Below are positions 24,057 to 37,235 of a stretch of 64,000 nucleotides of DNA, in pieces. The notes below the pieces were generated by a model that saw only the letters and a program-made list of their open reading frames with translations, searched no databases and was not told the origin of the DNA. The position numbers and the translations under genes are program-made. The DNA comes from Octopus sinensis (taxonomy: Eukaryota), in assembly GCF_006345805.1 (NCBI RefSeq), contig NC_043024.1, positions 18,414,001-18,478,000 on the forward strand, read 5' to 3'. How positions within the stretch are numbered: the first letter of the stretch is position 1; the number at the start of each line of letters is the position of its first letter.

Positions 24057-24104
24057 AGGCCTGCTGATGATTACGTAAGTATGAAATCACTGTGATACAG
24101 GTCT
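24057..24104 (+). ncRNA. Type I hammerhead ribozyme (family B)
   Basis: aggcctg CTGATGA T TAC GTAA GTA T GAAA TCAC T GTGA TA caggtct. Predicted cleavage after 24097. Confidence 0.75.
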
Positions 24105-24533
24105 ATTTTTTAAATGTCTTACTTTGAAAAATTGCATTCGGTGGGATTAGTAATATTTTTGGTAGAAATGACTGATTGTCCCTCTTAGCGTTTGGCATGT
24201 ATATATAATGCCTCCTGGCATGTATGTATAATGCCCTCTATATATAAATTAATATGTTCAATAAGAAATAATTATTTTCGAAATTTTTTCTCTTATGAGG
24301 TTTTTACGCTATCTACCTGACAATTTCTTGTTAAGTTTTCCTTATTAAGTAGTTGTCCTTAATTGCTAAATTTTTATTCCGAAAAAACTTTTCCTCTCCC
24401 GAAATGCAATTCGTAAAAGTTTACCATTACCCGGATGTAATATATATAAACTCACCCATGTGCTTCGTTGATGTTGATCAGTTAGCTGATCGGCTTAAGC
24501 GAGGCAGGGTCGTTGTTTATTTATAATACATTC

Positions 24534-24581
24534 AGGCCTGCTGATGATTACGTAAGTATGAAATCACTGTGATACAGGTCT
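24534..24581 (+). ncRNA. Type I hammerhead ribozyme (family B)
   Basis: Identical motif. Predicted cleavage after 24574. Confidence 0.75.
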
Positions 24582-25010
24582 ATTTTTTAAATGTCTTACT
24601 TTGAAAAATTGCATTCGGTGGGATTAGTAATATTTTTGGTAGAAATGACTGATTGTCCCTCTTAGCGTTTGGCATGTATATATAATGCCTCCTGGCATGT
24701 ATGTATAATGCCCTCTATATATAAATTAATATGTTCAATAAGAAATAACTATTTTCGAAATTTTTTCTCTTATGAGGTTTTTACGCTATCACCTGACAAT
24801 TTCTTGTTAAGTTTTCCTTATTAAGTAGTTGTCCTTAATTGCTAAATTTTTATTCCGAAAAAACTTTTCCTCTCCCGAAATGCAATTCGTAAAAGTTTAC
24901 CATTTACCCGGATGTAATATATATAAACTCACCCATGTGCTTCGTTGATGTTGATCAGTTAGCTGATCGGCTTAAGCGAGGCAGGGTCGTTGTTTATTTA
25001 TAATACATTC

Positions 25011-25058
25011 AGGCCTGCTGATGATTACGTAAGTATGAAATCACTGTGATACAGGTCT
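25011..25058 (+). ncRNA. Type I hammerhead ribozyme (family B)
   Basis: Identical motif. Predicted cleavage after 25051. Confidence 0.75.
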
Positions 25059-25684
25059 ATTTTTTAAATGTCTTACTTTGAAAAATTGCATTTGGTGGGA
25101 TTAGTAATATTTTTGGTAGAAATGACTGATTGTCCCTCTTAGCGTTTGGCATGTATATATAATGCCTCCTGGCATGTATGTATAATGCCTCTATATATAA
25201 ATTAATATGTTCAATAAGAAATAATTATTTTCGAAATTTTTTCTCTTATGAGGTTTTTACGCTATCTACCTGACAATTTCTTGTTAAGTTTTCCTTATTA
25301 AGTAGTTGTCCTTAATTGCTATATATATATATATATATAACATATATATGTGTATATATATATACATATATACATACATAATATATATATATATATATAT
25401 ATGTGTCTGTGTGTGTGTGTGTGTGTACATATACATACATATATATCTGAGTATAGTTTTAAAATCTCTAAATGAAATCTAGGCAGTAACGATACTCTTC
25501 AGTAAAGTCTATTTGCCAATGTAAGGGGGCTGTCCTATGCAGAACTATGTTATTACCTTTTAACCCCAGGAAAGCATCTTTTCAAACTGTTTATAAATTG
25601 CAAGTTCGAGTGACTGCCACCTCATTGGTCAACAAGTAAGATCATGCAACTGCCATCTCATTGGTCAACAAACAGCTGAAGCCT

Positions 25685-26170
25685 GACCAGCTCCCTGCCT
25701 GGCCAGCTCCTTGCCCGGCCAGCTCCCTGCCCGGCCAGCTCCCTGCCCGGCCAGCTCCCTGCCCGGCCAGCTCCCTGCCCGGCCAGCTCCCTGCCCAGCC
25801 AGCTCCCTGCCCGACCAGCTCCCTGCCTGGCCAGCTCCCTGCCTGACCAGCTCCCTGCCTGGCCAGCTCCCTGCCTGGCCAGCTCCCTGCCTGACCAGCT
25901 CCCTGCCTGGCCAGCTCCCTGCCTGGCCAGCTCCCTGCCTGGCCAGCTCCCTGCCTGGCCAGCTCCCTGCCTGGCCAGCTCCTTACCTGGCCAGCTCCCT
26001 GCCTGGCCAGCTCCCTGCCTGACCAGCTCCCTGCCTGGCCAGCTCCTTGCCCAGCCAGCTCCCTGTCTGGCCAGCTCCCTGCCTGACCAGCTCCCTGCCT
26101 GGCCAGCTCCCTGCCTGGCCAGCTCCCTGCCCGACCAGCTCCCTGCCTGACCAGCTGCCTGCCTGGCCTG
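25685..26170. repeat. GC-rich 16-bp minisatellite (ccagctccctgcctgg)n, about 30 copies
   Basis: Directly visible. Followed by an RTE 3'-UTR end at 26170-26232. Confidence 0.9.
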
Positions 26171-26639
26171 CTCCATGTCAAACTGTCCAACCCATGCCAG
26201 CATGGAAAACAGACGTTAAATGATGATGATGATATAGGCCTTGTGTTTGTCTCTATCTCAACGTATAGACATTAGTAGGTATGTATATGTATATGTATGT
26301 ATTCCACACACATGCACACACACACACACATATGCACACACAACTTTTCTCCATGATTGTTTTAAAAGATCTTCTGCCTTATACATTTCATAATTGAATG
26401 ATTTCTATCCTGCAAGGATTTGGTAGATAAGATCTGTTAATTAACTCTACCCATTATTATAAACTCTGTTGAGTTCTTGGAGGCTCTCTAACCAACACAA
26501 CTCAACAGAATTTTGTATTCTTCTTCTATTTCTGTATTATCAATCATAAATATATAGCACACACACACACACACACATACACATGCATGAATATATGTGT
26601 GTGTGTGTGTGTGCGTATACATGTATAAGCATATATATT

Positions 26640-27125
26640 CTGGAGATGTACTTGCATAGCAAGTGACCTGATCTGAGATCGTGTGCTGGAATGAAAAAAT
26701 TGCAGCGTAGAAGGTGTTTCATCATCATCATCATCATCATTGTTTAGCGTCTGCTTTCCATGCTGGCATGGGTTGGACGGTGCAACTGGGGTCTGGGAAG
26801 CCAGAAGGCTGCACCAGGCCCAGTCTGATCTGGCAATGCTTCTACGGCTGGATGCCCTTCCTAAAGCAAACCACTCCATGAGTGTAGTGGGTGCTTTTTA
26901 CATGCCACCGACACAGGTGCCAAGCGAGGCTGGCAAATGGCCATGATCGGATGGTGCTTTTTACGTGCCACCAGCACGGAGGCCAAGCGAGGGTGGCAAC
27001 GAAGCCACTTAAGAAACACACAAAAACCGTTAGATTCACTTCAACATTTAAATACAATTTGTCAAAATATTTTCAGCGCTTTGAGACCACGACCTGTTCT
27101 CTGACAAAATTCTGTGCTGCATCTA
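26640..27125 (-). mobile_element. Family C element with degenerate HHR (27057-27110), split by an RTE 3'-UTR copy (26720-27000)
   Basis: Homologous to 3340-3605. Minus strand reads tttgtca GAGAACA g gtcgt..gcgct GAAA atattt tgacaaa. Confidence 0.65.
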
Positions 27126-27492
27126 TATATAATCTATTATTCTTCTATTTGTTATTCTTTGAAAGCCTAGTACTTATTCTATTAGTCTCTTTTGCTGACC
27201 GCAAGTTTACGGGGACATAAACATACCAACATCGGTTGTCAAGCAGTAGTGGTGGTGGGGGGCAACAGAGATGCACAAACATATATATTTAATAACACTA
27301 GAACAGCATCTAGGTAAGTATCAAAGCAATACCCATGTCAATTCGCAGCTGATTAAACCAATTATTCTTAGAGATATTGTGACCTAAAGATTGCTAGACA
27401 TAGACAGAAATGTCATTTTGAGAAAAGCACAAAAAACACTGGAAATGATTGATTTTACAACAATGCCCAATTACACAAGGATATATATACTC

Positions 27493-27701
27493 TTTTACTT
27501 GTTTTCAGTCATTTTGATTGCGGCCATGCTGGAGCACCGCCTTTTAGTCGAGCAAATCGACCCCGGGACTTATTCTTTGTAAGGCCAGTAATTATTCTAT
27601 CTGTCTCTTTTGCCGAACCGCTAAGTGACGGGGACGTAAACACACCAGCATCGGTTGTCAAGCAGTGCTAGAGAGACAAACACAGACACACAAACATATA
27701 G

Positions 27702-27746
<45 letters not shown>

Positions 27747-27910
27747 TACAACAGGCTTCTTTCAGTTTCCGTCTACCAAATCCACTCACAAGGCTTTGGT
27801 CGGCCCGGGGCTAGAGCAGAAGACACTTGCCCAAGATTCCACGCAGTGGGACTGAACCTGGAACCATTTGATTGGTAAGCAAGCTACTTACCACACAGCC
27901 ACTCCTGCAC
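27493..27910 (-). mobile_element. SINE family 1
   Basis: Reverse-complement match to the family consensus. Confidence 0.85.
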
Positions 27911-28174
27911 CAATCCACATTTTAGTGAAATATTTGCAGTTTTGCAGAGTCTAATAACGTCCAGAGGCACACCCTTTGCTATTTTTCTGAGGTTTTGTTA
28001 TCTGAAATCTTAGCTATTAGTCTTGCCTTAACTTATTGGGGACAGAGTGATCAGTCAGAATTTGAGAGGTGTCGGGTTTGATTCCCTGTGGAGGCTTGCA
28101 ACCACTTGTTTCCATCTTTTAAGGGTATCTGCTTAATTTTCTAAACTGTCCTTACAGCGTTCCTGCTCTCTCTT

Positions 28175-28572
28175 TACTCTTTTACTTGTTTCAGTCATTT
28201 GACTGTGGCCATGCTGGAGTACCGCCTTTAATCGAGCAACTCGACCCCGGGACTTATTCTTTTGTAAGCCCAGTACTTATTCTATCGGTCTCTTTTGCCA
28301 AACCACTAAGTAACGGGGACATAAACACACCAGCATCGGTTGTCAAGCAATGCTAGGGGGACAAACACAGACACACAAACACACACATATATATATATAT
28401 ATACATATATACGACGGGCTTCTTTCAGTTTCCATCTACCAAATCCACTCACAAGGCTTTGGTTGGCCCGAGGCTATAGTAGAAGACACTTGCCCAAGGT
28501 GCCACGCAGTAGGACTGAACCCAGAACCATGTGGTTGGTAAGCAAGCTACTTACCACACAACCACTCCTGCA
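28175..28572 (-). mobile_element. SINE family 1
   Basis: Reverse-complement match to the family consensus. Confidence 0.85.
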
Positions 28573-28995
28573 TTCATGAAATCCTCTATTTATGTAGAAT
28601 ACTGACACAGGCAGTAAGTTTGGCTACATAATATTTTCATATTATATAGGTGAATAAATTGTGGTCTAAATTCCACAAAAATAACACTGACATCTCATCT
28701 TAACAGATATATTTACCAAAATTACATACAGGATTTCATGAATGCAGGAACACTGAGAGGACAGCTTAGAAAATCAGGTAAATGTTCTTTAAAAATGGTA
28801 AAAAGTGGCCAGTAAATCTCTACAGGTAATTGAGTACTCCCAAATTCTGGCAAAAATTTGAAGTAATAATTATATATATATTAATAAGTATATAGAAATT
28901 AACAGAATGAGATAAAAAATCCAAGAACATTCTGAAAACTATTCCCGGCCTTGGATTTTTTTATCTCATTCTGTTAATTTTTATATATGTAAACC

Positions 28996-29360
28996 TCTTG
29001 GAAGAATGTGAAGACGCAGGCTGGAAAGCGGAACATTTTCCAATCAAAGTCGGATGTAGAGGGTTCGTTGGACACAGTGTGAGACGACTGTTGTTATCGC
29101 TAGGCCTAACTCATCGTAAAGTCAATACCACCATGACCGATATCCAATCTACAGTGGAGAAGGCTAGCCGCTGGATTTGGTTAAAAAGAGACGATGAGCG
29201 ATGACTAGAAGGATATTGAGCTTTATTTGATAACCAGTTGATCTAGCAAGCGGGGCATCATATCAGCGAGGGGGGCCGGTGCGCATTGATGCCGTTGAGA
29301 GGTAGGCCCCGAAACGGCGCGCATTCTCTCCTGATGACCCCATACACTTGCTGGCTTCCA
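28996..29360 (+). mobile_element. 3' end of an RLE-type non-LTR retrotransposon (HERO-like)
   Basis: EECEDAGWKAEHFPIKVGCRGFVG...EKASRWIWLKR matches the GW...PxEVGCRGF...ASxWxWxKR C-terminus of HERO-clade ORFs. Confidence 0.7.
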
Positions 29361-29865
29361 GTATACAGAACTTTTGACTGGTAGCAATTGCATGTGCAAG
29401 TTGTTTGCAAAATATATATACATGCTAATGCACAACCTATGTTGGACTCCTCATTTGTATCATTATCAAACCTGGAACTTAACTATAGTCTGTCCATAGC
29501 ACTTAGCATTACCTGACACCTTTGGGTCTTTGTGACACCAATACCTCTCATACCTTTGATATATGTTAATAAGAGAAGATGGATTGAACAGACTTTATTA
29601 TAAATCAGTGCAATTATTTCAATGCATCATTATCAGCTATTAATTGCTGAATGTTACATAAATTATATGCAATACTGTATTAATATCATTCCACAAGAGC
29701 TGTATACATACACAAGATTTCCACTGTATATCCAGTAAAAAATAAAGTTCTACTCTATTATAACATTTGGTAGCCGTTACCCAGAGAGGAGCTTTGGAGA
29801 GCATATCATAAGATTATTCTGCTTGGAGTTAACTTGGGATCCCTTGAGGATAATACTCTTTTAGT

Positions 29866-30262
29866 CTTTTACTCTTATACTTGTTTCAGTCATTTGACTG
29901 TGGCCATGCTGGAGCACCACCTTTAGGTCAAGCAAATCAACCTCAGGACTTATTCTTTGTAAGCCTAGTACTTATTTTATCGGTCTCTTTTGCCGAACTG
30001 CTAAGTTACGGGGACGTAAACACACCAGCATCGGTTGTCAAGCTATGTTGGGAGGAACAAACAGACACACAAACACACACACACATATATATATACATAT
30101 ATACAACAGGCTTCCTTCAGTTTCCATCTACCAAATACACTCACAAGGCTTTGGTCGGCCCAAGGCTACAGTAGAAGACACTTGTCCAAGGTGCCACACA
30201 GTGGGACTGAACTTGGAACCATGTGGTTGGTAAGCAAGCTACTTGCCGCACAGCCACTCCTA
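29866..30262 (-). mobile_element. SINE family 1
   Basis: Reverse-complement match to the family consensus. Confidence 0.8.
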
Positions 30263-30474
30263 TATCTCTTCAGTCAACTAAAAGTATCTTTGGCCTGATG
30301 AGTATCTAATGGAATACATTCTGCATTAAGTAATTGCTATTTCCATGATTCTGCTGACTTGCAAACATATGTAGACTGGATTTTACCTGCTCCATTCCCT
30401 CAATAAGGATATATCTATACTGAAGAAGACCCAGCCACCACAATGGAATGGGTACTAGTGCTGGTGTATGTTAA

Positions 30475-30658
30475 AAACACTGGTGCATACAAAGCACTCA
30501 GTACATTCGGTGGGGTTGTCAGTATTTGGAAGGGCATCAAGCCATAGAAACCAAGTCAGGACAGACAATGGAGCCTGGTGCAGCCTTGGATCTTGCCAGC
30601 TCCAGTTGAACCTTCCAACACATGCCAGCATGGAAAACAGACGTTAAATGATGATAAT
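30475..30658 (+). mobile_element. Diverged RTE 3'-UTR copy
   Basis: gaagggcatc...catgccagcatggaaaacagacgttaaatgatgat. Confidence 0.7.
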
Positions 30659-30734
30659 GGTATATATATGTGTGTGTGTATGTATAAACATATATATACA
30701 TGCATGCACATAGACATTATTTTACTTTTTCCTC

Positions 30735-30991
30735 TTCCTCATCATCATCATCATCATCATCTCCTTTTTCTTCTTCCTCCTCCTCCTCCTCCTTCTTCTT
30801 CTTCTTCTTCTTCTTCTTCTTCTTCTTCTCCTCCTCCTTCTTCTTCTCCTCCTCCTCCTCCTTCTTCTTCTTCTTCTTTTTTTTTTCTTCTCATTCTTCT
30901 TCTTCTTCTTCTTCTTCTCATTCTTCTTCTACTTCTTCTTCTTCTAATTCGTCTTCTTCTTCCTCTTCTTCTTCTTCATTTTCTTCTTTTT

Positions 30992-31040
<49 letters not shown>

Positions 31041-31055
31041 CACTACCACCACTAC
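30735..31055. repeat. Compound (TCA)n/(TCC)n/(TCT)n/(CTA)n trinucleotide array
   Basis: Directly visible. Confidence 0.9.
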
Positions 31056-31540
31056 CAATTGCTCACTGCTGCAGCTTTTCTGAATTTCCTTTCTAATATT
31101 TAATTTTCATTTTTATTATAGCAACATTTCCCCCACCACCACCACCAACTCCCCCTCCCCGCACACACACTCACCACCGCCACCACCGCCACCGCCGCCT
31201 CCAACTTCCAAAACTTTACAACATCTATTGTTCACATTTGCATAAATTCTTTTGATTTTTTACCATTCATTAAAATTCCATTCTCTTATCATTAAGGAAC
31301 TCCCTTACAGTATTTCGCCTGCTGCCTACGTCGAGGAACCGCCAGCCCAAGAACCGGTACGATTATACTTAACCATTGCCAAACCTCTTGTAGACTTTGA
31401 AATTTCTTCATCTCTAATTGCATTTGTTCGTATTGAATAAATGCCATTGTTATTAAAATGTAGTTCCTATTCAATCGTGTTTGAGTTTCTTAGAATTTTC
31501 AAGATTTATTTTAGAATATATATATATATGTAGAAATGTG

Positions 31541-31586
<46 letters not shown>

Positions 31587-31597
31587 ATATATATACA

Positions 31598-31628
<31 letters not shown>

Positions 31629-31832
31629 TACATATATATATATATAATATGATATATGATTTTGTGTGTCGATATGTATGCTTGTGTCTGCATGTATGTG
31701 TGTGTACATGTGTGTATGTGTATCTATCTATCTATCTATCTATCTATCTACCTATCTATCTATCTATCTATCTATATATATATATAATATATATATATAT
31801 ACACACATATTTCAATATATACATGTACACAC

Positions 31833-31864
<32 letters not shown>

Positions 31865-31894
31865 ACGTATGAATAAATCTATCTATCTATATAC

Positions 31895-31952
<58 letters not shown>

Positions 31953-32579
31953 ATAGATAGATCGATGGATAGATAGATAGATATATAGATAGATAGATAG
32001 ATACATAGATAGATATAAATATATATGCATATGCATGTATGCATATATTTATAAATATAAATATATATATATGTATATGTATGTGTGTGCATATATATAT
32101 ATATATATATATACATACATACACACATATATATATATATAGATAGATAGATATAAATATATGTGTATATATATATATACATATATATATATATACACAC
32201 ACATATATATATTTATATATAAATTGGACTTTAAAAGAGATCTGAAAGCGGACGTTAAATGATGATGATGTATACACACAACCACACATTCCTGCAGACA
32301 CACACACACAACACACACACACACACATGCATCTGTGTGTGTGTGAGTGTGTATGAAATATATGTACGTATTCAAATTAAATATAATTATTGATATTTAA
32401 ATCTAAATCTTTCCATTCCAGCCTGCCACCCATTCCATATTAATCCATTCAGCAAAGTCTTTTTCAAGAATTCCGTTGATCTTCAGACATTTACCATTTT
32501 GTGCCAGGCATAATATTCTCTTTCATAATAAAAGTTTAGCTCTTTTACATTCTGCATTTTGTTTCTGCTTTTGTCTTCT

Positions 32580-32870
32580 GTATCATCATCATCATCACCA
32601 TCATCCTCCTCCTCATCATCACCATCATCATCATCGTCGTCGTCGTCATCAGCATCATCATCATCATCATCACCACCACCACCACCACCACCACCACCAC
32701 CACCACCACCATACCACCACCACCATACCACCACCACCACCACCACCACCATACCCCACCACCACCACCACCCCGCCACCATCATCACCACCAACATCAT
32801 CATCACCACCACCACCACCACCGCCACCATCATTATCATCATCACCATCACCATCATCATCATCATTATA
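32580..32870. repeat. (CAT)n/(CAC)n trinucleotide array
   Basis: Directly visible. Confidence 0.9.
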
Positions 32871-33029
32871 GTGGTAAACTTGTAGGATCGCATTTCATCC
32901 CTCTTTCTGTTGTGAGCTCAAATTCTGCCTAGGTTGACTTTGCCTTTCATCCTTCCATGATCAATAAATTAAATACCAGTTGTGTACTGGGGTTTATCTA
33001 ATCGACTTACTCCTCCCCCAAATTTCAGG

Positions 33030-33478
33030 ATTATTATTATTATTATTGAGTGAGAGAGCAGTGCATGCCATCAAAGTGACACTGGGGTAAAATATATGAA
33101 GCCCAGCATACCCATCATGACTACCCGTCTGATAAAGGTACACCAGGCACATGCATCACAATCGTATGTGCGCGACATGGTGATCTCATATCAAAATAAA
33201 CAGCACATGACCTTGCAGGTGGGGCCCAGTTAGAATTTTCTTCTGGTCAAGTAACCCATCCCACTCAAAAGGTCCCTGAATATGAGTTGTTTAAGGATGT
33301 TGAACGAAGCACCCATGTTTCCAAAGGTGAATTATCCAAACCCCAAAGAATCCCTCTCAATACATGGCTATGATGCTCCCCCGCTACTTCTGCTTGTGAT
33401 CAGAGATGCAGATATTGTCAGCCACTAAAGGACATGCTCAACTAGTTACGGTCAAACAATTGACAAGCAAATCTGTGG

Positions 33479-33480
<2 letters not shown>
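33030..33480 (-). mobile_element. Unclassified (AAT)n-tailed retroposon
   Basis: Reverse complement of 22610-23062. Confidence 0.7.
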
Positions 33481-33521
<41 letters not shown>

Positions 33522-34326
33522 GCAAATATATATATCCTTTTCCAGTGACAAAAGGTCACTGATCTCAAAAACGTGTAAACAAGCAATAATAAATCTCTGA
33601 ACGAGGTATAAACAGTAGCTGCACGACAATGTGAAGTATATTTGCCACTTAACTGTGGCTAACCACTACAGAAAGTGTGTCAATAGCCAGCTGGAGAAGA
33701 TGCTCTCCTGGGGCTAGAAGCTACAGTAGCACCCACCTTTAGTGGTAAATATACTACACATATATATATGCAACTTATACATAAATGGCAATTTCTCTCT
33801 CTCTGTCTGTCTGCTACCATCTTGCTGCCTACACCATTTAACCAATCTTGATGAAACTGCATACATGTTAATCTAGCATCCAGTTGAATTATAAGCTAAT
33901 TGGATTTCAATAAAAATCTATAATGCCCCCCCCCTAGGAGGGGAGCGCTTTCTTGGTGTTACCGGTCAACTGATTTATTTTACTTGATTGGGCTATTATT
34001 TGATAAAATGAGAAGGGTGCAAGAGTGTTAGTGTGAGGGAAATGTGGTGGCATAGTGAGTACAGCTGATATCAGAGAAAGAGAGAACAAAGTTGTGTAAG
34101 CAACAAATGTGGAGTGGCATTAGGACGGTAATGTTTATACAGCTGTCATTCAGGGATACACAGATGACGCTACAAACATAATTTCATAAATATATAGATA
34201 CATGCATACACACACACACGCTCACACGATGCACATGCATGCACATACACACACAGTGTATGTGTCCATCTGCTGTCCATCACATTTCTGCTGTCCATCA
34301 CAAAGAAACACTCACAGACAGACGCA

Positions 34327-34363
<37 letters not shown>

Positions 34364-34388
34364 ACATATATATATATTATATATTCAA

Positions 34389-34598
34389 AATGTGACCTCA
34401 TGTGTACAGTAGGCCATTTTTTTCCTCTGTCTTCCCTTCTTTGGATCTTTCCTTTCCTATGTTTCTGACGAAAAGCTCCTCTTGAAATGTAAAACCCTCC
34501 TTCTTTCCTTCTTTCCTGAGCGTCCAATAATACTATATTTGTTCCACATCCTTGCGTTGTTGTGTTTTCTCTTTGTGTTTCATGTTTGGATTAACTTT
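34389..34598 (+). mobile_element. Family D pLTR-like repeat with HHR-like core (34465-34524)
   Basis: CTGACGA A AAG ctcct CTT GAAA TGTA...GAGCGTC. Confidence 0.6.
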
Positions 34599-34602
34599 AT
34601 AT

Positions 34603-34708
<106 letters not shown>

Positions 34709-35182
34709 ATATATATATACATACATACCTATGTCTACTATACACCATTTTAAGCTTGTGATTACCTGTGTGTACGTTTGTGTGTGTGTTTCAGTGGTGT
34801 GTGTATGTACATGTGTGTGACGTCCCACAACTGCTTGTCACTCTGCTTTTGCAGGGTTTTCCTTCTTGCTGTCACATATTGTGAAATTTTAAAATTACAT
34901 AAAATTTGGTATATTGAAATAATCTTCCATGTTAAATCCGATTTTGTTATTTATCTGTCCCAGAAAAATTGCAGTTCAATCAATTTTACCTTATCAGAAA
35001 ACAGGATTTGGGAGCTGACATTTTCTGCATGATTGCTGTCTATCACAAAATGAAAGCAAAATAATTACGATGAGTAATTACAATGCAAAGCATTACAACA
35101 ACCAAAGCTGTACGAACTTCTGAAATTTTGTTTTTGGATTTGGTTTGCAAGATTCTTTATATGAGTTCGTGTGTTGAAGCAT

Positions 35183-35334
35183 ATTTTGTTGTGTCTGGAG
35201 AGAGTCATTTTCTTTTGGCCCTTATAATATAACTCACTCACCGGTAAAATAAGAAAAAAGTGGAAATTTTACCGGTGAGTGTGTTATATTATAAGGCACA
35301 AAAAGAAAATGACTCTCCCCAGACACAACAGAAT
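35183..35334. repeat. Imperfect inverted repeat, ~68-bp arms and 15-nt spacer
   Basis: gtgtctggagagagtcattttc...caccggtaaaat is mirrored downstream. Confidence 0.85.
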
Positions 35335-35758
35335 TCTAAAATTTTAATAAGTTTTAAAGAATCAAGTCATGTGAAACAGTCGAGTAAACATGTAAATAAT
35401 TAAAAAGGCAAAAAATCCTCAACAAAGTTTTTGCAGAAAATTGGGCAAATATGTCCTGATCAAGAGGCCAGTCTGTCGGAGAAAGTATGGTCTGACATGG
35501 AATAAATAAAACTTTATATAAGACATTCTATTGTAAAAATTGCCCGGCAATGATGGGTTATTCAGCTAGTATATGTATCCATAAATAGATGTAGTATCCA
35601 AACTTTGTTATAGGAATGTCCCTTGTAGTGTGCCCAGAGAGCACATACCCCACTTGCAGCTACCAGGCATCATCTAGGGTAGTGTACTTTCGTTGCTGGA
35701 TGTAGTTAAAGAATTCCTCGGTGCACATTGAGTGTATTCTAAATGATTAATATGGAAG

Positions 35759-36040
35759 TATCATCATCATCATCATCATCATCGTTTAACGTCCGCTTTC
35801 CATGCTAGCATGGGTTGGACGATTTTGACTGAGGGCTGGCGAACCAGATGGCTGCACCAGGCTCCAGTCTTGATCTGGCAGAGTTTCTACAGCTGGATGC
35901 CCTTCCTAACGCCAACAACTCTGAGAGTGTAGTGGGTGCTTTTACGTGCCACCGGCACGAGGGCCAGTCAGGTGCTACTGGCAATGACCTCGCTTCGATC
36001 TTTTTACACATGCCACCGGCACAGGTGCCAGTAAGGCGAT
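35759..36040 (-). mobile_element. Short RTE 3'-UTR copy
   Basis: (ATC)n followed by gtttaacgtccgctttccatgctagc. Confidence 0.8.
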
Positions 36041-36148
36041 GTTATATATATATATATATATATTATATATATTCATATAGATTTAAAGTATATATATGTA
36101 TATATATATATGTGTGTGTATAAATCTATATATAGGTACAGGAGTGGC

Positions 36149-36314
36149 TATAGGCGCAGGAGTGGCTGTGTGGTAAGTAGCTTGCTTACCAGCCACATGT
36201 TTCTGGGTTCAGTCCCACTTCATGACATCTTGGGCAAGTGTCTTCTGCTATAGCCCCGGGCCGACCAATGCCCTGTGAGTGGATTTGGTAGATGGAAACT
36301 GAAAGAAGCCTGTC

Positions 36315-36358
<44 letters not shown>

Positions 36359-36572
36359 GTGTGTATATGTTTGTGTGTCTGTGTTTGTTCCCCTAGCATT
36401 GCTTGACAACCGATGCTGGTGTGTTTACGTCCCTTAGCGGTTCGGCAAAAGAGACCGATAGAATAAGTACTGGGCTTACAAAGAATAAGTCCCGGGGTCG
36501 ATTTGCTCCACTAAAGGCGGTTTTCCAGCATGGCCACAGTCAAATGACTGAAACAAGTAAAAGAGTAAAAGA
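36149..36572 (+). mobile_element. SINE family 1, full length
   Basis: Complete head, with a short duplicated head just upstream. Confidence 0.85.
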
Positions 36573-37032
36573 GTATATGTGTTTTTGTGTGTATTTCCAT
36601 TAAGTGTTCTTTCTATGGAACCTTCTTATTCTTACAACGGATACATTTCGGGGTCATATTCCAAATTTCTTTGCTCATACCCATTTTTTCGGTCAATACC
36701 ACAATGTACATTTTAGTACAGTATTTAATTCACTCTGTGTTTCATCTTGTACTACAATGATTATTTTGGATAACATTCATATAAAACACCTATAGAAAGC
36801 CGGAATCACTTTGTCAATTCAACGATTGATCTGCAGACAACAGAATGGTAAAAGAAAGACTTCCTTACTGACAAAAACCTGATTATGTTAGAATGTGATA
36901 TTTATCTTTCATTCTATAGAATAATTCCATTGAAGATATTCTACCATACACTATATATGTGTGATGTATATATATGATGTACTGTTCTGTGATAAGTACA
37001 TTTATATATGTGGTAGATATATATATATCTAT

Positions 37033-37064
<32 letters not shown>

Positions 37065-37175
37065 GTACATACATATATATATATATGTACATAATATATA
37101 ATATATATATATGCATATATGTTTTATATATATATATAATATATATATATTATATATATATATATATATATACAC

Positions 37176-37235
<60 letters not shown>

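Larger units (their letters stand above)
23253..25320. mobile_element. Retrozyme-like tandem array B (~477-bp monomer) with head-to-head inversion at 23586/23587
   Basis: tgctgatga recurs at 23587, 24062, 24539 and 25016 (periods 475, 477, 477). About 3.6 monomers on plus and ~0.7 on minus. (TA)n flanks. Confidence 0.85.

Noticed and set aside
25642-26203. 180-aa Gly/Ala/Arg-rich ORFs
   Set aside because: They are produced by the 16-bp minisatellite.
28567-28748. 19-bp inverted repeat as MITE ends (also a 30-bp hairpin at 28896-28981)
   Set aside because: Single copy, no TSD, and it partly overlaps a SINE end. Support is insufficient.
29300-29340. GAAAC...CTGATGA as a type II hammerhead
   Set aside because: Stem II arms cannot pair (cccc/cccc) and there is no valid stem III-NUH.
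30295-30325. CTGATGA-GTAT...ATAC hammerhead-like start
   Set aside because: No GAAA or stem III follows.
31292-31474. Unique, moderately GC-rich stretch as a possible host exon
   Set aside because: No recognisable homology, the frames are short, and no partner exons were found. It needs RNA-seq.
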